A stretch of DNA of 64,000 bases from a virus (lineage: Duplodnaviria > Heunggongvirae > Uroviricota > Caudoviricetes). A program made the translations under genes and the position numbers. The notes under the pieces are model-generated. The model made no database searches, was not told the DNA's origin, and was given only the letters and a program-made list of their open reading frames with translations. Below are positions 21,193 to 30,349 of this stretch, one piece after another. How positions within the stretch are numbered: position 1 is the stretch's first letter; every line of letters begins with the position of its first letter. Where the stretch lies: positions 14,839 through 78,838 of IMG/VR virus record IMGVR_UViG_3300044614_000224, one strand, 5' to 3'.

Positions 21193-22442
21193 TATAAATA
21201 CTGTTTGAATATATTTGTCATTCCCTCAGCTTGATCGATTAGGAATGCTGTCACTTCACCTTTAGACATTGTGTGACCATTCTTATCATCCCAAAGGCTC
21301 TTAGCATTTGAGAAAGCTGGAATTTGGTAAAATTTAATACCGTTAAAATCATGACTCACTTCATGGTGTTTATCTCCTGTGAATATATAGAAGTTATGGT
21401 GGAATGACCATTGGTCTCTATATTCTATTGGAAACAGTGCTGCAAGTTTAGCTGGCTTAATCGCATCCCCATGATTGAACATTAATGCTGAATTGCCATA
21501 ACTTACATACTTTCTGTATTTAGGAGAGCTATCAATTGTAAGTCTGTCTATATTTCTAAAATACGTTTGTAACCAGTTAACCATATGCCATCCTACAAAC
21601 TCATCGTGATTACCAGCTACATACACCACATTAACATGTTTAGCGTATTGTAATAACATTGTAATCATTAACACCTCATGGTCACATATATATTCAAATG
21701 AAGTGTGATATGTATGTGTATTCTGTTGAGGAGTTCCTTTTGTAGTTGCATTGGTGTATTCACTATTAAACTCATCTGAGCCAATAATGTATGTTATTTC
21801 TTCTAGGTTGTTTGAAAGTTGAGCTTGTGCAGCTATCACTTCCACCTTATACATAATCTTAGCTAGTCTATCTAGTACATTGTTATTACCATCTACATCC
21901 CATTTGTTTAAATGAGAGTCTTGTTTGTTGATAACTAACATACCGTTTGGTCTCTCTGGGTCAAACTTAGGACTCATAACTTCCTGACTAACAGGCTGAT
22001 ATGAAGCTAAAAAGTCCACAAAGCTATCTTGAAAAACTTGCTCTGCAGACTTCTTTGCTAACCAGGCTTTAACCTGCCAATGGGGATTTCCACCATTCCC
22101 CCAGAAGTTCTGTACATATTTAGTTATTTCCCATTTATCTGTGTCTATGTGACACTTCTCAATTAGTTCATCTAAGCTCTTAACCTCTTCGCTAAAGTTA
22201 GCTACCACCTCACCAACACCTTTACTAATGTCCTCTGTAAACTTAACTATTACATTCTCTAGTTCAGAAATGTAATTTCCAACCTCAGCATCTTCCTCAC
22301 TCTTCTCTTGATTTCTTAATTCTTTTAATAACTCGTCAACCTCAAACTCTGTAATTCCAAGCTTATCAGCATAGAATTGTTTACTCTTTTTCCAATGTAG
22401 AATCTCTTCTAGCTGTTGTAGCAATGATTGGTTTTCAGACAT
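21192..22442 (-). CDS. calcineurin-like metallophosphoesterase with a ~140-aa N-terminal extension (416 aa)
   Basis: ATG at 22442-22440. Motifs appear in the expected order: D-S-H (KQDSHLN), GSDEFN, GNHDE (VAGNHDEF), NHGD and KHHE (GDKHHE). Confidence 0.6.
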   Translation of the reverse strand: MSENQSLLQQLEEILHWKKSKQFYADKLGITEFEVDELLKELRNQEKSEEDAEVGNYISELENVIVKFTEDISKGVGEVVANFSEEVKSLDELIEKCHIDTDKWEITKYVQNFWGNGGNPHWQVKAWLAKKSAEQVFQDSFVDFLASYQPVSQEVMSPKFDPERPNGMLVINKQDSHLNKWDVDGNNNVLDRLAKIMYKVEVIAAQAQLSNNLEEITYIIGSDEFNSEYTNATTKGTPQQNTHTYHTSFEYICDHEVLMITMLLQYAKHVNVVYVAGNHDEFVGWHMVNWLQTYFRNIDRLTIDSSPKYRKYVSYGNSALMFNHGDAIKPAKLAALFPIEYRDQWSFHHNFYIFTGDKHHEVSHDFNGIKFYQIPAFSNAKSLWDDKNGHTMSKGEVTAFLIDQAEGMTNIFKQYL

Positions 22443-22550
22443 ATATGGTTTAATTTAGTTAAAATTAGTGTAAAGGTACGAACTAATTTTGACATTTACA
22501 AAATTTTATTAACCAATTTAATTATATAGATTAATCAATTTGATTAGAGT

Positions 22551-22620
22551 TAAAACAAAAACCCCCAGCCTAGAAAGGCCAGGGGATACCTTGTAAAACC
22601 AACAAAACAAGGTTTTTGTT
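22551..22620 (-). terminator. tandem stem-loops with a U-run on the minus strand, downstream of gene 22627-23160
   Basis: Minus-strand RNA reads ...cccctggcc-tttcta-ggctggggg tttttgtttt, which is a GC stem plus T-run. A second 7-bp stem (aacaaaa/ttttgtt) lies at 22601-22620. Confidence 0.4.
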
Positions 22621-22626
22621 ATTATG

Positions 22627-23160
22627 TTAAGGACACGCTGTTGTAGCAACAATAAATCCACCGTTATCTACTTGATAGCTATCTGAACCAGCACCTTGAG
22701 AGTACCATTGGTTACCTCCCACTACAGGAGTTACTCCACATTCACCAGCTACCCATAACCTTGTAGGGGCTAGAGCATTATCAGTATCAAATAAAGTTAA
22801 GCTTCCTAAATGAGCACATGCAGTGGTATTAGAAGGATATAAATTTAATTGCTGACAAGGAGCAGCTGTAGTGGTTGTAGTTGTTGTAGATGTACTAGTA
22901 CTAGTAGTTGTGGATGAACTAGTAGTTGTAGTTGTTGTACATGGCACTATAGATATATCTGTATAGTTTGTACATGTTCCTGTAGACATAACACGAACGA
23001 TTGTTGTGCTAGTTGGAACCACTGTAGATGTATATCCAGCCAATAGGCTAGATTTTGCCACACCTGTCTCAAATGGTGTAGAATAAGAATCTACATTTGA
23101 ATATAGACTAAATGATCCTGTTGAAGAACCAGCTGTCGTTAATGTAATTAATACCGTCAT
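22627..23160 (-). CDS. small Thr/Ser-rich Cys-containing virion protein (177 aa)
   Basis: ORF with a central TTTTTTSSSTTTSTSTSTTTTTTT tract between Cys-containing segments. Confidence 0.5.
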   Translation of the reverse strand: MTVLITLTTAGSSTGSFSLYSNVDSYSTPFETGVAKSSLLAGYTSTVVPTSTTIVRVMSTGTCTNYTDISIVPCTTTTTTSSSTTTSTSTSTTTTTTTAAPCQQLNLYPSNTTACAHLGSLTLFDTDNALAPTRLWVAGECGVTPVVGGNQWYSQGAGSDSYQVDNGGFIVATTACP

Positions 23161-23172
23161 ATTATAGGTTTA

Positions 23173-23583
23173 TTAAGGAATTGTAGTTGTAGTGGTTGTT
23201 GTTGAAGATGTACTAGTTGTTGTTGATGTAGAACTAGATGTTGTAGTAGTTGTTGTAGGAGGAATTGTTGTTGATGTAGTAGTTGTTGTAATTGGACAAG
23301 AGTTTACCAATGTACAGAACATCACCTTTAAAGATGGATTCTGATTGATTACAGTGATAAGAGTTTGTACTAATTCTACAGGATCAATTGCATTATCTAG
23401 TTTCTGTAAAGCTAATGTCAATATATCCCCTGTATCAATTCCTGAATTAGGAAGACCTGGGCCATTATATTGAACGGCTGATGTAGGAACAGGATAACCA
23501 GCGAATGCTCCATTATTACAATTCTGTGGATAATAGGCATTCACTGTATTCTCAAAGCAAGGTGTACCAGGTACGCAAGCCAT
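23173..23583 (-). CDS. small Thr/Ser-rich virion protein (136 aa)
   Basis: ORF ending in a TTTTSTTIPPTTTTTTSSSTSTTTSTSSTTTTTTTIP tract. Confidence 0.5.
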   Translation of the reverse strand: MACVPGTPCFENTVNAYYPQNCNNGAFAGYPVPTSAVQYNGPGLPNSGIDTGDILTLALQKLDNAIDPVELVQTLITVINQNPSLKVMFCTLVNSCPITTTTTSTTIPPTTTTTTSSSTSTTTSTSSTTTTTTTIP

Positions 23584-23602
23584 TATAGTTTAATTTAATC
23601 GA

Positions 23603-24706
23603 TTAAGGAATGTACATGATATAATAGCAAGCACGTACAGGTTGGATGTTAGCATGACCTAATCCACCACCTGTATTGCTAATTGATGCAGTTATACCTG
23701 TAGTAGCACTTGCTGTGTATTGAGGTCCTGTTAGTGCTGGATCACTATTTGATAATTGTGTAGCCACACATTGTGTTCCACCAGAGTCATCTGTAGTTCT
23801 GTTACCTCTAAAGATAGAGCTACCAGGAGCATGTACGTGACCAGGGTCAGTAATTACAATAGGATGTGAGTGTGCAGGAATTTGTGTACTGTTTAACGTT
23901 ACAGTGTTAGCACCACCACCATCTCCAAGAGCATAGTTAGGATTACCAACATTAACAGGATTAACAGCAGGATCTAGAGCCCCACCACCTACACCAACAA
24001 TAGCACCTACAGGAACACGTCCTCTTTTATCAGGAGTTCCGTTTAAGCCATTACATAGATAGATTTTCTCCCAATCAGTTCCAGTAATACCAGCACCTGT
24101 ACTATCAAACTTACCTGTAAGACTACCGTAGTATTCTACAACAGAATAAGGAACCATACGGTTATAATACTTAGTGTTAGTTCCAACACTGGCTAAATAT
24201 GCAGCAATTAGAGAGTTTAGATCAGCAAGTTTTACGTAGTTTGTATTTACATTTAAACCTAATGCTGTTAAGTCTGCTGCTACTGTACAAAGTTTTGTAA
24301 TAACAGCTTGTAAAATAGCATGTGTGTCAGAAGAAGCAGTTACACCTGTAAGACAACCTATTGAGTAATCTGCATTCAATACAGCAATATCAGCAGCAAC
24401 TGCAGTCACTTGAGTTTGTAAACTACAAACAGATTTAACTAGTGCTGTAAATAATTGAGTAGAATTAGGAGAAGTGATTCCTGTTAGGAATCCATTAATA
24501 AGAGCACATTTATCACCAGAAGCAATGGTTATAACATCACCTGTACCAACTAATAATGGAACAAGTTTGTCTGTAATCATTTCTTCTACATGAGTTAATG
24601 TATCTCCTGTAGTAATATTTAGAGCAGAAATAGTTGGACCTGTATATCTAACACATTGATCAGATACAATCTCAACACATCCATTGAAGCAGTTTGTACA
24701 AGACAT
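23603..24706 (-). CDS. hypothetical tail protein, Gly/Thr-rich (367 aa)
   Basis: ORF. Confidence 0.5.
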   Translation of the reverse strand: MSCTNCFNGCVEIVSDQCVRYTGPTISALNITTGDTLTHVEEMITDKLVPLLVGTGDVITIASGDKCALINGFLTGITSPNSTQLFTALVKSVCSLQTQVTAVAADIAVLNADYSIGCLTGVTASSDTHAILQAVITKLCTVAADLTALGLNVNTNYVKLADLNSLIAAYLASVGTNTKYYNRMVPYSVVEYYGSLTGKFDSTGAGITGTDWEKIYLCNGLNGTPDKRGRVPVGAIVGVGGGALDPAVNPVNVGNPNYALGDGGGANTVTLNSTQIPAHSHPIVITDPGHVHAPGSSIFRGNRTTDDSGGTQCVATQLSNSDPALTGPQYTASATTGITASISNTGGGLGHANIQPVRACYYIMYIP

Positions 24707-24714
24707 TTTATAAA

Positions 24715-24981
24715 TTATTTATGAATTAAGAGTTTTACTTTACTTGCTATCATCTTCACAGTAAAGTGACTAGCGTAGTCAGAGTTACAGAACTTGTAAG
24801 TCAAGATCCTTTTATAATTTAGTAAGTCACCAATTACAACCCCTGGCACAGGATAGTTTAAAGAGAATACGATATTGTTATATTGATTGTTTGCTAAACT
24901 TGTTAACTTGCAATCAATATCAGCTAATAGTACAGGAATAGTTGTACAATCAATACAGTTTGTAAGCCTTGGTGATAACAT
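24715..24981 (-). CDS. hypothetical protein (88 aa)
   Basis: ORF; it overlaps a 47-aa Cys-rich ORF that lies upstream of it in the minus-strand direction. Confidence 0.35.
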   Translation of the reverse strand: MLSPRLTNCIDCTTIPVLLADIDCKLTSLANNQYNNIVFSLNYPVPGVVIGDLLNYKRILTYKFCNSDYASHFTVKMIASKVKLLIHK

Positions 24982-25093
24982 TTTTTATTTTTTGAGTTGC
25001 TTGCTTCAGCTTGTAGTTACATGCTGAACATAAGCCGTTAATTAATTGACATCCACATCCTACTTTGATGCCACAGTCTCTACAGTTTGCCAT
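24950..25093 (-). CDS. possible small Cys-rich (zinc-binding) peptide, 47 aa, below the ORF-track cutoff
   Basis: ATG at 25093-25091. Translation MANCRDCGIKVGCGCQLINGLCSACNYK...; it sits in the gap between annotated ORFs. Confidence 0.25.
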   Translation of the reverse strand: MANCRDCGIKVGCGCQLINGLCSACNYKLKQATQKIKNVITKAYKLY

Positions 25094-25094
25094 T

Positions 25095-25652
25095 TTATTG
25101 GAAATTAATTATGTAGTTATTTCCTGAACAACCACAATTGGTTTTAATAAAGTTATTAAGCATTCTATCTGCTTGTACATACAGTTTGTTAGAAGTATCT
25201 ACAGCACAGTTGTTAGCTGCAGCAATAGAACCCTGAATCATGTAGTATACACTATTTAAGTCAACCTTAGCTTGTGTCTTGATAGCAAGATCACATTCCA
25301 TCATATCAAGCTTCATGAAAGCATTGTCAAACTTCTCTTGTAATTGTTCAACACGAATGATGGTTTTGGTAACAAAGTTCAGATATGCAGGAGCAACAGA
25401 GTATGTTAATGTATAGATTCCATCAGGTAGAGGAATCAATGGAGCTCCTACAACACTAAGTCCTAATGATGCTGAATTAAGTATATTAAAGTCATTAACA
25501 TTGAATGGTACAAATACAGGTGCAAATCCAGGCATTGTTACTTCAAGAGTTGGAGAAGTAACAACAGGAGGATCTGTATCATAAGTTGATGCATCAGCTA
25601 CACCTAATGTTAATGTATTATAAGTTGGTACTACCAGTATATCTAAGGTCAT
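25095..25652 (-). CDS. hypothetical structural protein (185 aa)
   Basis: ORF. Confidence 0.5.
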   Translation of the reverse strand: MTLDILVVPTYNTLTLGVADASTYDTDPPVVTSPTLEVTMPGFAPVFVPFNVNDFNILNSASLGLSVVGAPLIPLPDGIYTLTYSVAPAYLNFVTKTIIRVEQLQEKFDNAFMKLDMMECDLAIKTQAKVDLNSVYYMIQGSIAAANNCAVDTSNKLYVQADRMLNNFIKTNCGCSGNNYIINFQ

Positions 25653-25735
25653 GTCTTTAAAATAAATATGCCAGAGGATTTGAGAAATATCCTCTCACCC
25701 TCTGGCATAGGTTATATGATTCTACTTGTATTCTA

Positions 25736-26875
25736 TTAAGGAATCAAAGTAGTTGTTGTTGAAGTACTAGGCCAAACAGTAGTTGTAGTAGAAGTTGTAC
25801 TTGTGATAGGACCGCTATCATCAGTTACAGCACCTAAAGCAGCAACTAAGATTGCCTCGATTGTAGCAGTTGCACCACTAGGAATAGCAATGATAACAGT
25901 GCTATCTTCAATGATGTAATCACCCCACTTGTAAGCAGATTTGTCATACTCATTGAACTTAATGTAATAAGTGTCATAAGTAGTACCATCAGTTACCCAA
26001 GACTCAAAGTTCTCGTTGTAACCAACCATTCTGTACAAATGCTTAAGGTAACCAGCTTGGTAGCTATAGAAGTTTTTCTCTAATTGCTTGATCTCATCTG
26101 AAGTACCAGATACATAAGAAGCACGTTGAGTAACTACAGCCTCAGCAACGATGTTACAATTGTCAGCAACAATGAAGTCAGCAGTTGTAGCTGGTCCACT
26201 GTATACGAAAGTACGGAAGTACATACGATCGTATTCCCAAGGGAATGCAGCAACATCACATGGTTGACCATACTTAGTTAATGGTTTACCAGAGATAACT
26301 AGTTTAGCACTAGCATTGTTACCAACTCTTTGGAATTGATAGAAGGTATCAAAGCTAATATTGTCAGGGTTGTTACCTGGAGCCTCTTGTCTGAACTTTA
26401 AGATAGCTTGATCGATGAAAGCAGGAACATCAACATCTGCACATGGATCGCCACCACACTCTAAACAAGGAGCAACAACTGTAATAGAACGGGTGAAACC
26501 GTTGAAATACAATGTGTCAATGTAAGAAGAATGAGCACGTAATGTGAATGTTACAACATCACCTGGTTTAACGTTAAAGTTACTAATTTCAGTTACTTGG
26601 TTAGCAGCAACTGGATTACCAACAACTTTATACCACTCACTAACTTGGGCAGAAGCAATCTTGTCAGAACGCTTAGAACCTTGTAAATAAGTGTTTGTTC
26701 TACCTTGAGCTAAATAGAAATACGGTTTAGCAGCAATGTTACCTGCATTAGCTACAGTGTAATCGCTTCTAAAAATACCAAACTGACCTGCGGTCAAGTT
26801 TTGCGTAGAACCAGAGCTAGGTAGAGTGTTTCCTACTGGAACTACGAAGAGCGTAGTTAATGAAAAATCAGCCAT
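25736..26875 (-). CDS. structural protein with a C-terminal Thr/Ser tract (379 aa)
   Basis: ORF; C-terminus reads ITSTTSTTTTVWPSTSTTTTLIP. Confidence 0.5.
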   Translation of the reverse strand: MADFSLTTLFVVPVGNTLPSSGSTQNLTAGQFGIFRSDYTVANAGNIAAKPYFYLAQGRTNTYLQGSKRSDKIASAQVSEWYKVVGNPVAANQVTEISNFNVKPGDVVTFTLRAHSSYIDTLYFNGFTRSITVVAPCLECGGDPCADVDVPAFIDQAILKFRQEAPGNNPDNISFDTFYQFQRVGNNASAKLVISGKPLTKYGQPCDVAAFPWEYDRMYFRTFVYSGPATTADFIVADNCNIVAEAVVTQRASYVSGTSDEIKQLEKNFYSYQAGYLKHLYRMVGYNENFESWVTDGTTYDTYYIKFNEYDKSAYKWGDYIIEDSTVIIAIPSGATATIEAILVAALGAVTDDSGPITSTTSTTTTVWPSTSTTTTLIP

Positions 26876-26904
26876 TTTTTGTTTTATTTAAATTGTGAAA
26901 ATAA

Positions 26905-27636
26905 CTATTCGTTTGTCTGAATCCTAAACTGAGCACTTTGAACTGCAGATTGATTCTCTGTATACATCGCTAGGTTTTGAACTGTTAAGTCTAACAACTC
27001 ATCTTCCAGGTATGTTTCTAGTTCACAGTCTTGATCGAAAGAGTCCTGTCCGTCTAACATAACATATCCAGTTTTATTAATATACTTAGGATATCTCATG
27101 TATGATATGTATATCTTCTTAGGTGTAAATGTACCGTCAGTAAATATAGAAATCTCATCAGAAGTTAGGAGGTTGAACGTTTCTTGATATTCAAACGATG
27201 GTTTGTAATGGGTATTGTTTAAGCAGAATTGCAAATCGCTATGCTTAGCCAAGTCTCTATTAATCCATATTTGTCTATCCTTACATCTACCCTTATCTGC
27301 AAGTACATAACTATCTACATAGAACATGTACTTTGGATCGAGTTGATCTAGTCCAGCCGACCATTGATTTAATTCAGCATTCTTGATTGTTAAGTCAAGA
27401 GGTTGTTTATTGTAATCTACAACCAGATTTTGTAAGTCTTCATAACGCTTTTTGAAAGCATCGAGACCTAGACCAGAAATTGTGTTTTGACCGTCAACCT
27501 TCTGTTTAATCAACTTGATCTGAGCTTCATTCAAAGCTAAAATCTTATCTTCTAAGTTAATTTGTTGATGTTCGTTAGTTGATAGTTTATTTAGTTTCTG
27601 GTCAATTTTATATAATAAACTATCTACGGGTATCAT
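26905..27636 (-). CDS. hypothetical structural protein (243 aa)
   Basis: ORF; ATGA-type overlap with the upstream gene. Confidence 0.5.
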   Translation of the reverse strand: MIPVDSLLYKIDQKLNKLSTNEHQQINLEDKILALNEAQIKLIKQKVDGQNTISGLGLDAFKKRYEDLQNLVVDYNKQPLDLTIKNAELNQWSAGLDQLDPKYMFYVDSYVLADKGRCKDRQIWINRDLAKHSDLQFCLNNTHYKPSFEYQETFNLLTSDEISIFTDGTFTPKKIYISYMRYPKYINKTGYVMLDGQDSFDQDCELETYLEDELLDLTVQNLAMYTENQSAVQSAQFRIQTNE

Positions 27637-28601
27637 ACAGAAGCTATTTTCTTAGTTTTTAATTTTCCTTCCAAGGTTAATAATTCGTCTTGGTTATCTT
27701 CATCAGCAAGGAATTTAACTAAATCATCTTCATCCTTAGCAATCTCAAATTCACCTTCGTACACCTTACCATTAGGTTTTAAACGATATACTGAGTGAGC
27801 GATAGCTTGCTTAACCAAGTCTTTAATATGGAGTAAGTTTTCCTTCATATCTGCAAATCTGCTGAACACCTCTACAGGGTTTAAACCAGCATGTTTACCA
27901 TTCTTGAATTCTGTTTGTTTTAATAGGTTATCTACCTGATTGTATACAGATTCTTCTTTAGTGTCTTCTGTAACAGGTAATCCTAACAATCTTGCCACTT
28001 TACGCTTCTTCTCTGGAGTCATTGCATCAAACTTGACAATAGCCTTGTTGATCAATTGTTTCTTCTTGAATATCACTGCATTCTCAATTTCATCATCAGC
28101 AACGTAAAATTGTGTATCTGCAGGAACTTCACCACGCTCCCAAGCCTGATAGCTAGAGGCAATTGTTGGATGAACTCTCAACCAAGCAAATGCTAATTCC
28201 TGAAAAGGATTAGAGAAATCAAAGTAGTTATCACCATCCATTAACTTAACAGCTTGTACATGTAATGTATCATCTGTAGATGTAGACAATCCATAGTTCC
28301 AGAAACTAGAACGAGGACTTAAATCAACATCACCTAACGCAGATTCAAGTTTTTTCTTAAGTGCTGTAACTCTTTCAACTTCCATTTCTCTTTCAAGACT
28401 GTCACCCATTCTACGAATGTATGCAGCATTTGGATCTAATCCAGTTCTGTACTGACCATCAAGTTCCTTGTAAGGATACTTAAATACACCTGTTCCAGGG
28501 ATCCTGGTTAAACCTTTTTGTGCAAGACCACCTTGCATGGTTTGCAACTGAGAGTTGTTGTAATCTTTCTTTAGTGTAGAGATTTTTCCTATCTTACCCA
28601 T
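27633..28601 (-). CDS. hypothetical head-associated protein (322 aa)
   Basis: ORF immediately downstream of the capsid candidate. Confidence 0.5.
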   Translation of the reverse strand: MGKIGKISTLKKDYNNSQLQTMQGGLAQKGLTRIPGTGVFKYPYKELDGQYRTGLDPNAAYIRRMGDSLEREMEVERVTALKKKLESALGDVDLSPRSSFWNYGLSTSTDDTLHVQAVKLMDGDNYFDFSNPFQELAFAWLRVHPTIASSYQAWERGEVPADTQFYVADDEIENAVIFKKKQLINKAIVKFDAMTPEKKRKVARLLGLPVTEDTKEESVYNQVDNLLKQTEFKNGKHAGLNPVEVFSRFADMKENLLHIKDLVKQAIAHSVYRLKPNGKVYEGEFEIAKDEDDLVKFLADEDNQDELLTLEGKLKTKKIASV

Positions 28602-28659
28602 ATGTAGTTGTTTTTGTTTGGTTTATTTTTGCAGATGGGTTCTCAGCGAAGAGAGTGCC

Positions 28660-28727
28660 ATACAGACATATAATCTGTATCCATCCATCTGTGTGAGAAG
28701 ACTCCCCCACTTGGAGCAGTGGGGGGG
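28660..28727 (-). promoter_or_regulatory. two stable hairpins in the 160-bp gap downstream of the capsid gene
   Basis: One 9-bp GC-rich stem (ctcccccac / gtggggggg, loop ttggagca) at about 28702-28727. One 7-bp stem (atacaga / tctgtat) at about 28660-28680. No U-run follows on the minus strand. Confidence 0.4.
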
Positions 28728-28761
28728 AATTCTTCTCGGTAGGTTATGCCTAATCGTTAGA

Positions 28762-30315
28762 TTAGAATTGTGGTATTTCTTCGATTAATACTGTACGTGA
28801 TAAATCTTCAATGAATACATCACAACGGTCTTTCATCCAAATCTCATAACCAGGGAATTTGTTCGCAGAACTCATACCTTGAGACTTAGCAAAACCTAAA
28901 TGGTGACGAGTTCCATCGATATAACCCCAAGTCATTGAAGGAGCACCCTTCATACGTACTTCACGGATGTTGTTTACCATTGAACCATCGCTCATAGGAG
29001 ATACATCAAACACCATGAATACAGGAGTAGATTTTTTGTTCTGACCGAATTCTAAGTTAGTTTGAGGAAGGTCTAATTCTTTTAAGTGAATTAGTTCAAC
29101 ACGACCTGTTTCACGTGTAACCATTGCATCGAATGCAAAGTTGTAAGTGATGTGTTGACCTTCTCCTTGCATGTAGCGATTACCAGAATCAGCCATGAAA
29201 GTTAAACCAGAATTAAGTGCATCATTTTTAAGAGCTTGTTGGAACACATCGAAACCAGCTTCGTTAGTGTACATTTTAACTCTACGATCCTTAACATCAA
29301 CACGTCTGTAGAATAAGTCACCAAACACTGAACGAATCAAGTTTGCAGTGAACTCACCACGGTTGTATTGTACTAAGTTACCGTTATTACGCATTCTGTG
29401 GTATACACCAGCAGATGTACGCTTTAATTCTTGCTTAGAACCATTAGTCTTCACGGTACCAGGCTTAGCCCAGATCATACGCTTAACTTTTAATTCTAAC
29501 ATAGACTTACGCATCCAGAACTCAATAAATGGTTCCCATTTAACATCGTTACGAGTTAAAGGTAATTGGTTACGACGTTGAGGAGCATATACTAAGATGT
29601 CAAGAGGCTTACCAGAAGCATCACGCATCATTTTATCATCAGCCCATTCAGTGATCTTGTGCTCATAACCATATGCAGAACCTAAAGATTCAAACATAGT
29701 GATTTGCTCACCTAAACGAGGAAGACCTAATAAGTCTTGATCGAATTCACCGATAGCAGCATCAACTAATTCTAGTTCGATACCAGTTTGTAAGAAAGTA
29801 GCACTTACGTAATCTACTTGAGGGTTGTCAGTCACAAGAGTGAAAGAGTACAAGAAACCAGCGTTCCAAGGAATAGGATCTTTGATAACGTAGAAACGAG
29901 GACCATACTGACGAGTACCTACAGAAACAATAGCGTTCTTAGAGAACTCATTTGTGTCAATTACAAGAGAAAACTCTTGACCATCGATACCTGGCTTATC
30001 TAGAGCTAGAGTGCTATCAGGGATGTCAATGATTTTAGGGAATTTGTAAGGAACTTGTACTTGCCACTTCCAAGCATCACTGTTATTATCGATATAGTAA
30101 GGAGTAGACTTGTTAATCATGTCTAGGAAGTCATTACTGTAAAGAGAACTCTGAGTGTACAAACTGATAATCTTCTTATCATAATCTGCTGGCTCAGTTG
30201 AGTGAAAGCTTTCCAAGTGGTTAGAATCTGTCAACTTACCTACTGCACGCTTGTCCATAGAAGCAACACGAGCATACGTAAAGCCAGTTAAACCTGGAAT
30301 TGTTTGAATTGCCAT
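28762..30315 (-). CDS. major capsid protein candidate (517 aa)
   Basis: ATG at 30315-30313. Size, and position immediately after an acidic scaffold-like gene and downstream of portal and terminase. No motif-level confirmation is possible by eye. Confidence 0.45.
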   Translation of the reverse strand: MAIQTIPGLTGFTYARVASMDKRAVGKLTDSNHLESFHSTEPADYDKKIISLYTQSSLYSNDFLDMINKSTPYYIDNNSDAWKWQVQVPYKFPKIIDIPDSTLALDKPGIDGQEFSLVIDTNEFSKNAIVSVGTRQYGPRFYVIKDPIPWNAGFLYSFTLVTDNPQVDYVSATFLQTGIELELVDAAIGEFDQDLLGLPRLGEQITMFESLGSAYGYEHKITEWADDKMMRDASGKPLDILVYAPQRRNQLPLTRNDVKWEPFIEFWMRKSMLELKVKRMIWAKPGTVKTNGSKQELKRTSAGVYHRMRNNGNLVQYNRGEFTANLIRSVFGDLFYRRVDVKDRRVKMYTNEAGFDVFQQALKNDALNSGLTFMADSGNRYMQGEGQHITYNFAFDAMVTRETGRVELIHLKELDLPQTNLEFGQNKKSTPVFMVFDVSPMSDGSMVNNIREVRMKGAPSMTWGYIDGTRHHLGFAKSQGMSSANKFPGYEIWMKDRCDVFIEDLSRTVLIEEIPQF

Positions 30316-30349
30316 TTTGTTATTTTTTTAATTAATGTTTATAAATTGT

